From: Sphagnum compactum
Lineage: Eukaryota
Direction: 5' to 3'
DNA length: 64,000 nt
NCBI GenBank assembly: GCA_965153455.1
Contig: OZ234494.1
Coordinates: 6,200,001-6,264,000, forward strand
Shown here: one piece after another, positions 40,517 to 52,294 of the stretch
Numbering within the stretch: position 1 is the first letter of the stretch
How the letters are laid out: each line of letters begins with the position of its first letter
The notes under the pieces: model-generated
The model's database searches: none
What the model saw: only the letters and a program-made list of their open reading frames with translations
What the model was told of the DNA's origin: nothing
Made by a program: the position numbers and the translations under genes

Positions 40517-43500
40517 TTACTTATACCACCCAGCCATGAAGTATCGGAGTGCAAAACAGAAACCACATGCCAAGACCTGTAGACAGTACACCATCACACA
40601 TGTCAGGAACCTCATGCCTCTTGTAGTGACCTGCACTGAAGGTATTTCACAGCTTCCAGAGTACTTAGGAGGACAACAGAAAAGAAAGATGTTATACCTG
40701 GAACAACAAGAGGCGTATGCAGAGCTGTTGCTCAGAGCAACGACCAAACCAGCGCAGAAAGAGATTCACCAGATTCATGTCATTGCTGCCAGTCAGGAGA
40801 CCCGTTTTTGGATCAAAACTGAAACCATCAAACACCCATTTCTCCCATGGCTCAAAACTTCCAGCAAAACAAAGAATCCTAAACTTTTTATTACATTCAG
40901 CACATGAAAGAGACAAGAAAGTCATAGCCAAAAGAATACTTCCAGTACGATTCTAGGGAGCAGAAACCTGAGGTCCCCTTCCCTTTTGACCACAACAACC
41001 TTATACACAGAGACCTTGTGTTATGTCGTAAAACTGTCTTCTTAAAGTTCTGGGGAAGAGGGTCAGAGTTAGTTCTACAATGCACCGCCATCCGGAGGAG
41101 ATATTTGGGTAGCAGGATCATGCAGGCTAGAGGATCAGTGGTCTCCTACCTTGGCAACCGATGTCGTGGGCATGGGACAATTTTGAACAACTGTCCAGCA
41201 ATTCCAACCAAACAGACATTCTCAAAAATCAGCCAATGACTTGGCTCATTCTACTTCAACACATAGGACACCAATGTAGAAGGCTTCCCAAAACCACTTG
41301 CATGTGAATAATCTATTGGATCCTGGCACCAGCAACTACTGAGAAATCGGACCCCCAAACAGGAAGTCCTATTGCCTTACACAGAAAGATGAGTACCTGT
41401 GGTATTGAGTAAATGAAGTTTATGATCTGTGGTAAAAAGAACAACAATAATGTCTCACTGCACAGACAACAGCTAAATCAGAAGCCTCAAAGAAGAACAC
41501 ACCACCTCCCACAGATCAACAAGTAAAAGTTGTTTCACTGCACTGCAGATGCCACAGTGCAATCAGAACACATCACCTCCTTCAAACTAATCTGTAAATG
41601 ATGTTCCTACGTCCACACTAGGAAAGGTTGGACATGCGTCATCCCACATAGCAAAGTACATGAAATATATCAATATGATTAGAGAGAAAACTCCATAGTA
41701 TAGCTTTGAAGGGAACCACTGTGTCATTTTTAGCAAAACCAAAATTGACGCAACAAGAATGAGTGCATCCATAAGCCTCACATTAAAGTGAGTCACTTTA
41801 AAGTGTTAGACCATCACTTTCATCATGACTGGCAGTAACTAGCTGCCATCACTCAGCACTGACTTTTGTCAGCTTCCAATAGTGGGTGTATATAAGTAGA
41901 TAAAAATCAGCTCAAAACTCTGGGCAAGCAACTATATAATAATCTGCATCCTCAGTTTCTGTCACATCTTCACAAGCAACAGGAAGGGCTCAGTCATGAT
42001 TTTGGTTTGCACTCAAGAGACATATCTAGTAAAAAAAATTGAAGATTTTCTTGATCAAGCTGCAACAAGCTTGTGAGGATAAGCTTCATCTGAAGTTAGC
42101 TCACCCCTGTACAAGCAAGCATCCAAGGCAAAAGCATAGAGAAGCCTATGTAGGGTACTTGTTGACATCTCCTGCACACTGAGATATCCTTTGAGCACAC
42201 CACTCTAGTGACTACTTGGATGCAATACATCTGCATGAGCCAAAGAAAACAGAACACCTTACCTGAAATGTCCAAGAATGCCAACAACTGCCAATGCCAT
42301 ACCAGCAAAGTATGTGTATGTATCACCAACAAACACTGATGATGGGTACCTGCAGCACCATAGCACCCTAGCACAGTTAGCTACTTTGAACTGTTTTGCT
42401 ACTCAAAATGTAGACCTCTGCAACAAAGCATCATCCCCTGACTACACTGTCCAGGTAAGTCCACCAGACCAATCCTGAGATATGCCATCATTTCTCCAAC
42501 CATCAGGTTGAAGAAAACTAGCATAGCACCAGATGAATGGCATAGAAAATATGGCATGCACAGACACCTGGGTAGCATTACTCACCAATTGAAAGCCAGT
42601 AGACCAAGTGAGGTTGCCACAAGGGGCTGCATCAGATAGATGGAGAAGGCATGTGCATGCTGTATTTCTCCAGAATTGCGAGCTATTTGCATCACATTGT
42701 GTATCAGAACCTGAAAAGGACTACAACAATATTAATACAATAACTCTCATGAGAATTTAAGAAAGCCAGAACAAGGTTCAAACTTTTCCTTGAAGTCAAA
42801 GAAAGACTTCCAGGTCAGGACTTTCAGAACCCAGAAGAAGAACCAACAAAGAAGGGAAGAACCACAACAATATTAACTCCATGTGACATCATTCACTCTG
42901 AGTACAATGCTTCATACAATTCACTAAATTCCTTATAAGTGTTTGAAGTCACCAAGAGCATACTTATATGCCCAGAAATAAGAAATAATATACAAAACAC
43001 CTAGGTTTCATATAACACACAGACATGTAATATATAGGCCCCTCCTAACCAATAGTCAAGTTGTCTAGAAGAAAAGGAAGAGCAACACAACACAGAAGAG
43101 AGCCTACCGCACAAGAAATGATCACGCTTTGCCCAACTTCCAAGCCATTGACACCTGCCAAGATGTTGACAGAATTGGTGCAGAAGACTGCTAGCAGGCC
43201 CATGTACAGCTTGTACACCCAACCTGCAACCAATTGCATCTCACCCTCCCAACCAACCGTTACTCCCATAGTCACATTGTATCACTTTGCACCCAACTTC
43301 ATGAGACTCCGTGGCAGGATAATTCAACCACATGGGAAAATACACTGACTTACCAAGATTAAGTTCCTTAAGACCTAGTGAAGATCTCAGAGGTTTTGGT
43401 ATCACAATGGTTGTTCTCCCTGCATATGCCATCAACAAAGGGAGAGCAGCAATAGATGGCAGAAGAAGCTTTCTGCAAAAAAAAAGAAAATCGAGCATTT

Positions 43501-45327
43501 ACTGTCATCTGATTCACTACATTCAGCTCCTACAACTTGCACAAGACCTTCCCAAAAGATATCTGACAGCATTGGACCTCAAGTAGCTGGCCGGTAGATT
43601 CTGGAATACAATTAAGCAGAATCTTAACTAAGCAGAAACGTAGTCCCTGCTGTTGCAAAAAACAAATAATTATCTTAAGCCTCTTAATGCTCACTGAAGG
43701 CCAGGTAACTGGAAACTAGAGAATCAACAGCCCTACTGAACTAGAAGAGAGGTGCAAATACTTACACCCGCCATGGGATATCCAAAACGTCATCCACAAA
43801 TCCCAGAAAAAGCATGAAGCATATGCATGCAAGTGCTGCATTATACTCTGTCAGCCACTGCCCAATACCACACACCACAATATATCCTCAACCATGATTC
43901 AAACACAGGATACAAACCCTCACCATCAACTAACTTATATTCCTAACTTTGTTGCTTTGGCGACCCACAACATTTTTTGAATTGCTACAAACAAAGCCAA
44001 CAACCATCATCCTTCAGCAGCACATTCAGAATGACTACTTTCTCTCTAGGCTGTCTCAATTACCAAGGTCACAGGTCCTCATGGCAGTCCAAGACCTGGC
44101 TCTTGCAGTCGGGGATCTTCAGTCTCAAGTGAAATTTTCTATCTTTGAAGCAGCTATTGGCCCAAGGTCTTTTGGGATCATCTTAAACTACTCATGAACA
44201 TGAAATGGTAAGCGGTAATTACTGAGGAACTCAGTAATTACTCATAGCAGTGTTCCTTCGAAGCTGACCTTGGCCAAAACCAAGCTGTTGTGGATCCATG
44301 GCACTACCCCACTTGCACAGTACCAAACAAACCAAACCTAGAGGGGTTGATTACCACAGAGAAGGCTGGAAATTATCGCATACAGCATTTTCAGGTGGGA
44401 AGCTTTCACTTATACTGTTTTCAGGCGTGAAGTACGAATGCTGAAACAGGATGGTCACCACCAAGTACACCACCCCAGTCACCAGGCCCAGCGACTCTGG
44501 CCTGCCATTGCAACCACCACCAACTTAGCATCAATCCATCCACCTGCTGTTGTTGAAATATTCTCCCCACTCCACTGATGAAAAGGACAAGTAAGGCCTA
44601 ACGTCGAATAGGACACCAGGGGTTAGGGTTTTGTGCCCCTAACGACAGAAAACCCTAAAACATAGTAGTGTTCCGCCAAGCCTTTTCAGTGGTTGAGAAC
44701 ACAGAGATATCACTAGAACCATTCTTCAACGCAGAACAGAAACAACACGGGAAGCAATTAAGAATGTCATTGACAATGTTTGAGAGCTGGCTTTAGGGCA
44801 ATGACATACGTGACTTTGCAAAACCCTAGTGCTTCCAAAACAACGGCAAATGGAATGAACTCCACAATGTGATTACATCCAGTGTGAAGAAGAGACTGGA
44901 ACAGGGTCATTTTGGGGAGGAGCAGAGAGAGAGAGAGAGAGATTTGATGAGCGGAGGTTGAGAGAATTTACACTTTCACAGTGCCAGCAGGCGATCCCCG
45001 TTTGTTAATATCATAGCCGAACATGTTCCTCCTCAACACGTAAACAGACACAACTGGGATCAAGAAAATGGTCAAGAAGAAAGCGCCGACGCTCATGGCT
45101 AAGTTGATCAGGATGGACTTCAGCATCCGCCTCTCCACGTCCAGCAAGTACAGCAGCAGCAAATAAGGGGTCAAACAAAGCGTAGCAAACAACAACAGCT
45201 TGCGCCATTTGATACTCAGAGTTGGAGATAGGTCAGCAGCAGCAGCTGCTACTGGATCTAGAGGAGCGGCAGCAGCAGGAGGCTGACCAACGGATCCTCT
45301 GTGGCGCAGAGTAGTAGAATCCGCCAT
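40517..45327 (-). CDS. GPT: UDP-GlcNAc:dolichyl-phosphate GlcNAc-1-phosphotransferase (GPT/DPAGT1/ALG7); 11 exons, ~431 aa
   Basis: Exons 45327-44972, 44501-44384, 43857-43766, 43472-43354, 43223-43108, 42710-42586, 42349-42263, 41457-41397, 41190-41150, 40818-40698 and 40576-40517 (1296 nt, phases consistent). Motifs include [56 protein letters not shown] and CPRHRLP. Confidence 0.94.
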
Positions 45328-46861
45328 CGCTGAGGAGAAACTGAGCGGCAACACCAACAACACTGCGACAAAGACAAACGGTGTGGAAAATGCACAATGC
45401 GCGAAATGCACAGCAGTTTCTCACCCTACTGTTTTCTGGTGTCAACTCACATTACGCGGGTGTAGGGTTGTATTCTAATGTGCTATGTATATTCCGTATT
45501 GTCCATTAATGGTGCTGCGATATAGCTTAGCTCTGTATCATCCATAACGCGGGCTTTTATCTAGAACCGGCTCTTGAGAACCGGATGTTGAGAAGGAGCA
45601 GCTAACATCTGCTACTTAATTGCTATCACTTAACCTACAACGGAAGATGCAAAGCTACAACGGAAGAAGCTTTGCAGTTTTTGGAATATACTTGAAATTA
45701 TCCCGTTCAGTTCCACAAAGTTAGCCTTAGAACCTTTGGCCAGAGTGAACCAGCAGCCACCAACGCACCAGTTGGCCGTTCTGTCCACTGGATGGGTTGC
45801 GTTTTTTCATTCGGCGCCGGATGGGGTTCATCACAGTACATTTCTTTTTGCTGCTGACCACTATACTTTTTTTTTCTTTTTGTTCTTGGCCGTTTTTCCT
45901 GGACCTGACCTCACACATAGCTACCCTGCTCACTTTCCTACCTTCATAAGTATTGCACCAACCTTGGTACCTTATTTATTATCCCCTACTGACACAGCTA
46001 CCCTAATAATTAGTTATCCTACTGACCTAGCTACTGTACTAACCACCTACCCTACTAACCTAGCTACTCTATTAATTACATATCCTACTAACTTAACCAT
46101 TAGGTTTAGGGTTGAAACACATAAATTAATTAATAAGTTTTTCACAAATGTATAGTAATTAATCTAAAGTAGGCTAAATTTTGGGGGAACTTTTTAGGGT
46201 TTACACATATGTGAAGTAATACAATTGCATTTTATATCTTCTTTAAAAAGAGTGGAAAAATTAGGTTGGAAAGATCGCACAAAGGTAAAAGACATATCTT
46301 CTTTTTTGGTTTTGTATGAAATTTATTTGATTATTTTTAAAGATTAACGTATTTTCTTTTAGTTATTAAATATTTATAGTTTAAAACCTTTGAATTTTGG
46401 TTTCTAAATTTTTTCCTGTGTTCTTTTAAATTTGTTTATTTTGCATTATATGATTTGTATAGCTTGTATAGTTTTTTGGGTTTAGGGCATATATCACTAA
46501 GATTTTTTTTGGTTAGGGTTTGTATAGTTAGGGTTGTAATAAGGCTTATGACAAAATATCATTTAGATTTGTAGGGTTATGCTTTATGATTTAGTGTATA
46601 GGAATTTGGTTCATATATTTCAGAACTAATATTTTACCTTAATAAATGTCTCAATTACTAATCAAAATTGTTGCCATTGGCACTAAGAATTTTGTTTTAG
46701 AATCAATTTTGTATGGAGGAAACCATAGCCCAAATTCTTTGAACATCATGTATTCAACACACACCTGAAGTCTAATATGGCACAAAGGTTATTATTGTTT
46801 CCAAGTAATAAGCACAAAATGTGTGAAATGCAAAAAATAAGATAATGATAATATTAATGTT

Positions 46862-47035
46862 AAATGCAGGTATTGTAACTAGGCCCCAAAATCCCAGTTG
46901 GTAAAAGTAAGTATAAGTGCAAGTATTGCAATTATGCCTCAAAATTCTAGTTGGTAAAAGTAAGTACGGGTGTAGGTATTGCAACGAAACCCCAAAATTC
47001 TAGTTGGTAAAGGTAAGTATAAGTCTGGGTATTTC
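46862..47035 (+). repeat. Tandem repeat, ~54 bp unit, about 3 copies
   Basis: GTATTG.AA...CCCAAAAT.C.AGTTGGTAAAAGTAAGTA repeated. Confidence 0.85.
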
Positions 47036-47169
47036 AAGTTGAAATGAAAAAACAAGCCTAAATGTAATACCCACGTTTAAAAAAAACCCATCTAAATGGT
47101 ATAGATACCCTTAAGTGAAGACCTAGCCCTAAACACAATATGCATATGCAAAGTCACTTTGAAATAACC

Positions 47170-47600
47170 CAACCCTAAATGCAATACCTACACTTTGGGT
47201 CACTCCGAAAGGACACATGTAGGGTTTAAGCTTTCTTTATATGAAGATCTTACCCTAAATGCAATACCTGCATTTTGGGTCACTTCGAAAGTACGCATGT
47301 GGGGTTTAAACTTCTTTATATGAAAATCCTACCCTAAATGCAATACTTGCATTATGGGTCACTCCGAAAATACGCATGTGGGGTTTAAGCCTCTTTATAT
47401 GAAAATCCTACCCTAAATGTAATACCTGCATTGTGGGCCACTCCGAAAGTACGCATGTGGGGTTTAAGCTTTTCTATATGAAGATCCCACCCTAAATGCA
47501 ATACCTGCATTGTGGGTCACTCCAAAAGTACACATGTGGGGTTTAAGGCTTTATATGAAGATCCTATCCTAAATGCAACACCTGCATTTTGGGTCACTCT
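47170..47600 (+). repeat. Minisatellite, ~79 bp unit, about 5.5 copies
   Basis: ACCCTAAATGCAATACCTGCATT.TGGGTCACTCCGAAAGTACGCATGTGGGGTTTAAGC..TTTATATGAAGATCCT starts near 47172, 47252, 47331, 47410, 47489 and 47566. Confidence 0.92.
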
Positions 47601-50029
47601 AAAATAATTAGTTAATTTCAAAATCATATGTTAACAAAGGTGTGTATAGAGGTTGGGGTTGTTGATTAAGAATTCCATGATTCTTACTTTTTTTCATGAA
47701 TTTGGTTGTATTGTTTGTAGAACAAATAGACAATTGTGATCAAGCTTATCTTGGTGTAAGAATTTTTCATGAAAAAGTTGAACTTGCAATCTATAACATG
47801 GAATAATTATCTTAAATAGTGATTTCAATAACTTATTAAAACAAAAAATACTAAAGTTAATCAATCAAATATCAAATTAATTAATCTGATTAGATCCAAC
47901 TTTTTGTTTTCAAGTAAATAAACTTAAGCCAAATGATTAGTTAATTATTTTAAATAAATAAATGATTATCTAATTCTTGATAATTAATCATCTAAATTAT
48001 CTGAAATAATGGTCTATTAATTATTTAATTATATGACAAATTTTGTTGATAATTCATTAATTATCATAAATATTTTATATTAAATTGGGGGGAAATTTTT
48101 AGGGTTTAGACATATGTGAAACAATATAATTTCATTTTATATCTTCTTCAAAGAGATTGGGAAAATTAGGTTGGAGTTATCACACAAAGGTAAGAAGCAA
48201 ACCTTATGTAAAAACCCAACCTTAAATGAAATACAAAGTTTGTCAAGATCAAAAAATAAAAAGTTCAAGCTTAATTTTTTTTCAAAGATGTTCATGTTTG
48301 TTTTTCCCTTTTAAAGTTGTATATTCATACTAAAAACATGAATATAAAGTCTTTAATTTAATAAGATTTTAAATTATGTTTAAAAAAAATCAAAGCACAT
48401 AATTTTCTACTTTTTTTTTTCTGTTTCACATAATAATAAAAATGATCTCTCCCATATATTAATCCTATATTTAATTGAAATTTTATTTTATACTTTTCTG
48501 ATATATAGTAAATAATTTCTTAGTTAAAATAATCATATAGTGGGTCAAAAATATTTTATATTTTATAGATATACAACACAAATCCTTATGTAAACTTTAT
48601 TTTTTTGATGTATAATATTGGTTTAAATATTGGTCCAAATATGTTGTTATTTATAACACCTAATATATAAATAATGATATTATGGAATTATACTGTTGAT
48701 CCATTTCAATATTTATAATATTTTCATATATATTTATTATATATATATATGGTTACGTATATTGCAATTATTTTTGATGAACTTTGTTTTTAATGCGAAT
48801 TTAAAAATTCCAAAAGATTAATAGCTAGGTTTGAAAATGTTCATAAGCTCTTAGACATCATACCAAAGTTTGTGTGGATTTTAAAAGCTTTGTGAGGGCC
48901 AAATTTTTATGTAATGTTTTCGACACCTTCAGAAGTTGAACATGATTCGACTATCCAAAAAAACACAATAGTGTTCATAAAAAAACAACGACCAAACTAA
49001 ACAACCTAGCCTAAACGTGTATAATAGGTTAATAAGTTATTTGTTAAGTAACCTAATTAACTACCTAATAGGCTACCTAGGTAATATAGGCCTATTATGT
49101 AGTTTATTCATTAGTGTAAGCTTTCTAGGTTAATATCTTAGATGGTCTATGTAGGTATTGAAGGTGGTTGAGTTTATTAAGTAAACATACTAGTTATATA
49201 TGTAATATACTAGCCTAGGCCACGTAAGCTTAATAAGCATTTATGACAGTTTAATGTCTAATCCTTATTGTATTATAACATTCTAAATTTGAACTAAAAG
49301 AATTTATTAAAAAGAAAGCTTATTTTTCCATATAATTGTTATAAGTATATACTATTGGAATATGATTCAAATTTAGAGCTTGGGAAACCCTAAATTAATT
49401 AACATTTTTTTTACAAGTTCATAGTAAATAAAATAAGTTTATGGTGCATTATAGGGGGAATTTTATATGCAAAACAATGCAATACATATTTTTAAAGAAA
49501 TTGAAAGAGATCAGCTTGGAGATTAACAAATGGTAAAATACACACCTTCTTTTGTGTTTTGTTACAAATTTTATTTAATTATTAAAAACATTAAGGCTAA
49601 ATTTGTAAATGGTGAAAGTAAGTCCGTGTGTGGATATTGCAAAATTATACGAAACCTTAACCCTAAATGCAATAGCCATATTCAAGTTCATTTCAAAATA
49701 ACCCATAGGTGAATAAGGTAAAACCTACAATGAAAAGGCAACCTTAAATGTAATACCCACATGTAAGGTCGTTTTGAAATACTCAATATGTAGTTTGGGT
49801 GCGCTTTTGAATGAAGACCAAGGCCTAGATGCAATACCTACATGCAAGTTCATATTGAAATAATCCATAGGTGACTAAGGCAAACCTTATGTGAAGACCC
49901 TAAACCTTAAATGCAATACCCGCTTGTAACGTCATTTCAAAATAATTAATAAGTGCTCTGGGTACCCAAAATATGTCTTTTTATATACCTAAATTAATTA
50001 TTATCATGAATTAATTTTATGACAAAATG

Positions 50030-50250
50030 TAAATTTTGCAATGAATGTAAAAAACCAGCAACTATTATGGGACCTATATGCGGGTATTGCAAAAGATGTA
50101 AAAAAAAACCAGCGGCTATTATGGAAACTATATGCAGGTATTGCAAGGAATGCAAAATGCCAACGGCTGTTATGGGACTTATATGCGAGTATTGCAATGA
50201 ATGCAAAATGCCTGCGGCTATTTTAGGACTTATATGCGGGTATTGCATAA
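50030..50250 (+). repeat. Tandem repeat, 51-54 bp unit, about 4 copies
   Basis: TTGCAA.GAATG.AAAA.GCC..CGGCTATTATGGGACTTATATGCGGGTA repeated. Confidence 0.88.
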
Positions 50251-50911
50251 TTGAAAATCTCCTTATGGAATTTATAATAGAAAATGATGTAGGTATTATA
50301 TGTTTAAAATGTGTGTATTGTTTTAAAAGTCTTCAGGTGATGTGAGTCCTATTATATTAGATGTAAGTATTGCACAATGTTCATTTTGATCTTTGGTTTG
50401 ATTCTTACATCTCAAGTACTAAGAAAATTATGACAAAGAAAGACATATATGATTAACCATATACCCATAAAACAAGTGTGAGTAGAAGATATTATATTGA
50501 TAAAAGATGTACAAAAATGGGTGCATGAAAAATTACTAAAGAACCCAATGAAAAAAAAACGTTGGTTCTTTATAACATATCAAAGGATCGAAATTCAAAA
50601 TTGGGTAGTCCAAAAAATAAAAGGGCTACAAAACCTAACTAACTATATAGAGTGAAACCCTAACCCATATCAGTATCTACAATCCCGTGTTTAGCTCGGT
50701 ATGCAGCTGCTACATTTGCAACGTTTGCTACATGACGAGCAGTGTAAAAATGACGGCGTTGCATCTCAACCTAAACTGCATTTGCAACAAACTTTTCCTG
50801 TGTTTGGTCCTGAACCCTATAAACACCCAAAACTCACCAAATTAAACCCTAACACACCTTGGATGAAATGCAATAAAAAAACAATAAACATTGTTTATTA
50901 TTGTTTCTTAC

Positions 50912-52294
50912 CTTCCATGAATCATTCTAGATTCATGAAAATCCAAAACATCTGCCAATTGTTTTGTTTGACTTGTTTTACTAGACTCTCAATCCCAATT
51001 TTTGACATCCCATGCCGTCTTCAATTGTCGTGCATATACACAACGGGTGGATCGAATCATCCCTTGTAAATTTTCATCCTTCTCCATCCGTGATGTTGCA
51101 TCTCGAGGCACACTGCCCACGCCCTAAGCATTGAAGCCCAATACTTTTAATAATTGCACTGAAGCTAATTTGACCAAAGCTGGTTTTGGGAATGGTGGAC
51201 ATTGTTTTGCAACAACTACCAGGTGATTCCACTCGCGCTGTGCTTTGGCACAAGCGCTACTAGCAACCTTTTGATCATTCTGCCTTTGCACAACCATTGC
51301 ATTTCCAAAGATGCGAACATTCATTTTGGCATGGTCTTGATGTCGAGGACCTCCTGCAGAAGTTGAAGGCCTCCCAAGTTTGGCCTTTTCTGCCACTAAG
51401 CCATGCACCTCCTTCAAATGCTTGGTCAACAACCATTTGGCACAATATGCGACAGTGCAAGTGCCAACTTTGCACTTCCATTTCGACTCAACCTTTGTCC
51501 ATTCTTTGTCCTTCCGAGCCAAATTAGGTGGACAAGGGGGTGCCGGTGGTTGAGAAACCTGGTCGGTTTCAAGCTCTGGACCTAAATAAAAAAATATCAA
51601 AAAGTAAATCATTACTTTGTAATTAAAAAACCCTAACCCCAAAACTTTACACATAAAGTGTTCAGAAACAGAATGCAGGTATTGCAAACCAAAATCACAC
51701 AATCAAATATAATTCCTGCAAACTGCTTTCAGGTATTGCAATAAAAAAATTTGACAAAAAAAATCCCGCACCTTCCATCAAATGATGGAAGGTGCAGATA
51801 TAATTAAATGTAAAACAACTTGTACAATTTTTTTTCCCTACATATAGTATAATATATGTAAATTCTAAATCAATCTAATCCATCATTTTTCGATTAAAAT
51901 TTTCAATCTACATTACCCATTGTCATGCTTGTTAACTCTAATCCGCATAGATTGTTTGATACATCAATTTTTAATTTTCATATCTGATGAAGTAACATTT
52001 CTAATCCACATAGATTGCATGATACATCAATTTTCTAATTTTCATATCTGATGAAGCAACATTTTGCTTTTCGTGTCTCAATTCTGATGGAGAAACATTT
52101 TGCTCACCAATTGGCTGATCCGAAGAAGCAGCAATACCCTCGGCAGTTGCTTGATGTGAAAAAACAACAATTTGCAATTGATTTGATGAAACAACAATTT
52201 CCTCCGCAACCACTTGATCTAATGAAACAATATTTTGCTTATGCACCTCCAAATCGCCGCCATCACTTTTCCTCAATCTCCTTCTCCGAGCCAT
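50912..52294 (-). pseudogene. Degenerate spliced C2H2 zinc-finger gene carried inside the putative transposon
   Basis: ATG at 52294 (MARRRRLRK), donor at 51916 and acceptor at 51582. Exon 2 encodes C-x4-C-x12-H-x4-H (CKVGTCTVAYCAKWLLTKHLKEVH) followed by KLGRP. It reads through isolated stops (TAG 51124-51126, TGA 50989-50991) to an AG|GTAAGA donor at 50911. Confidence 0.6.

Noticed and set aside
47170-47600. Regularly spaced repeats resembling a CRISPR array
   Set aside because: The whole unit is repeated with no unique spacers, there are no cas genes, and the context is eukaryotic.
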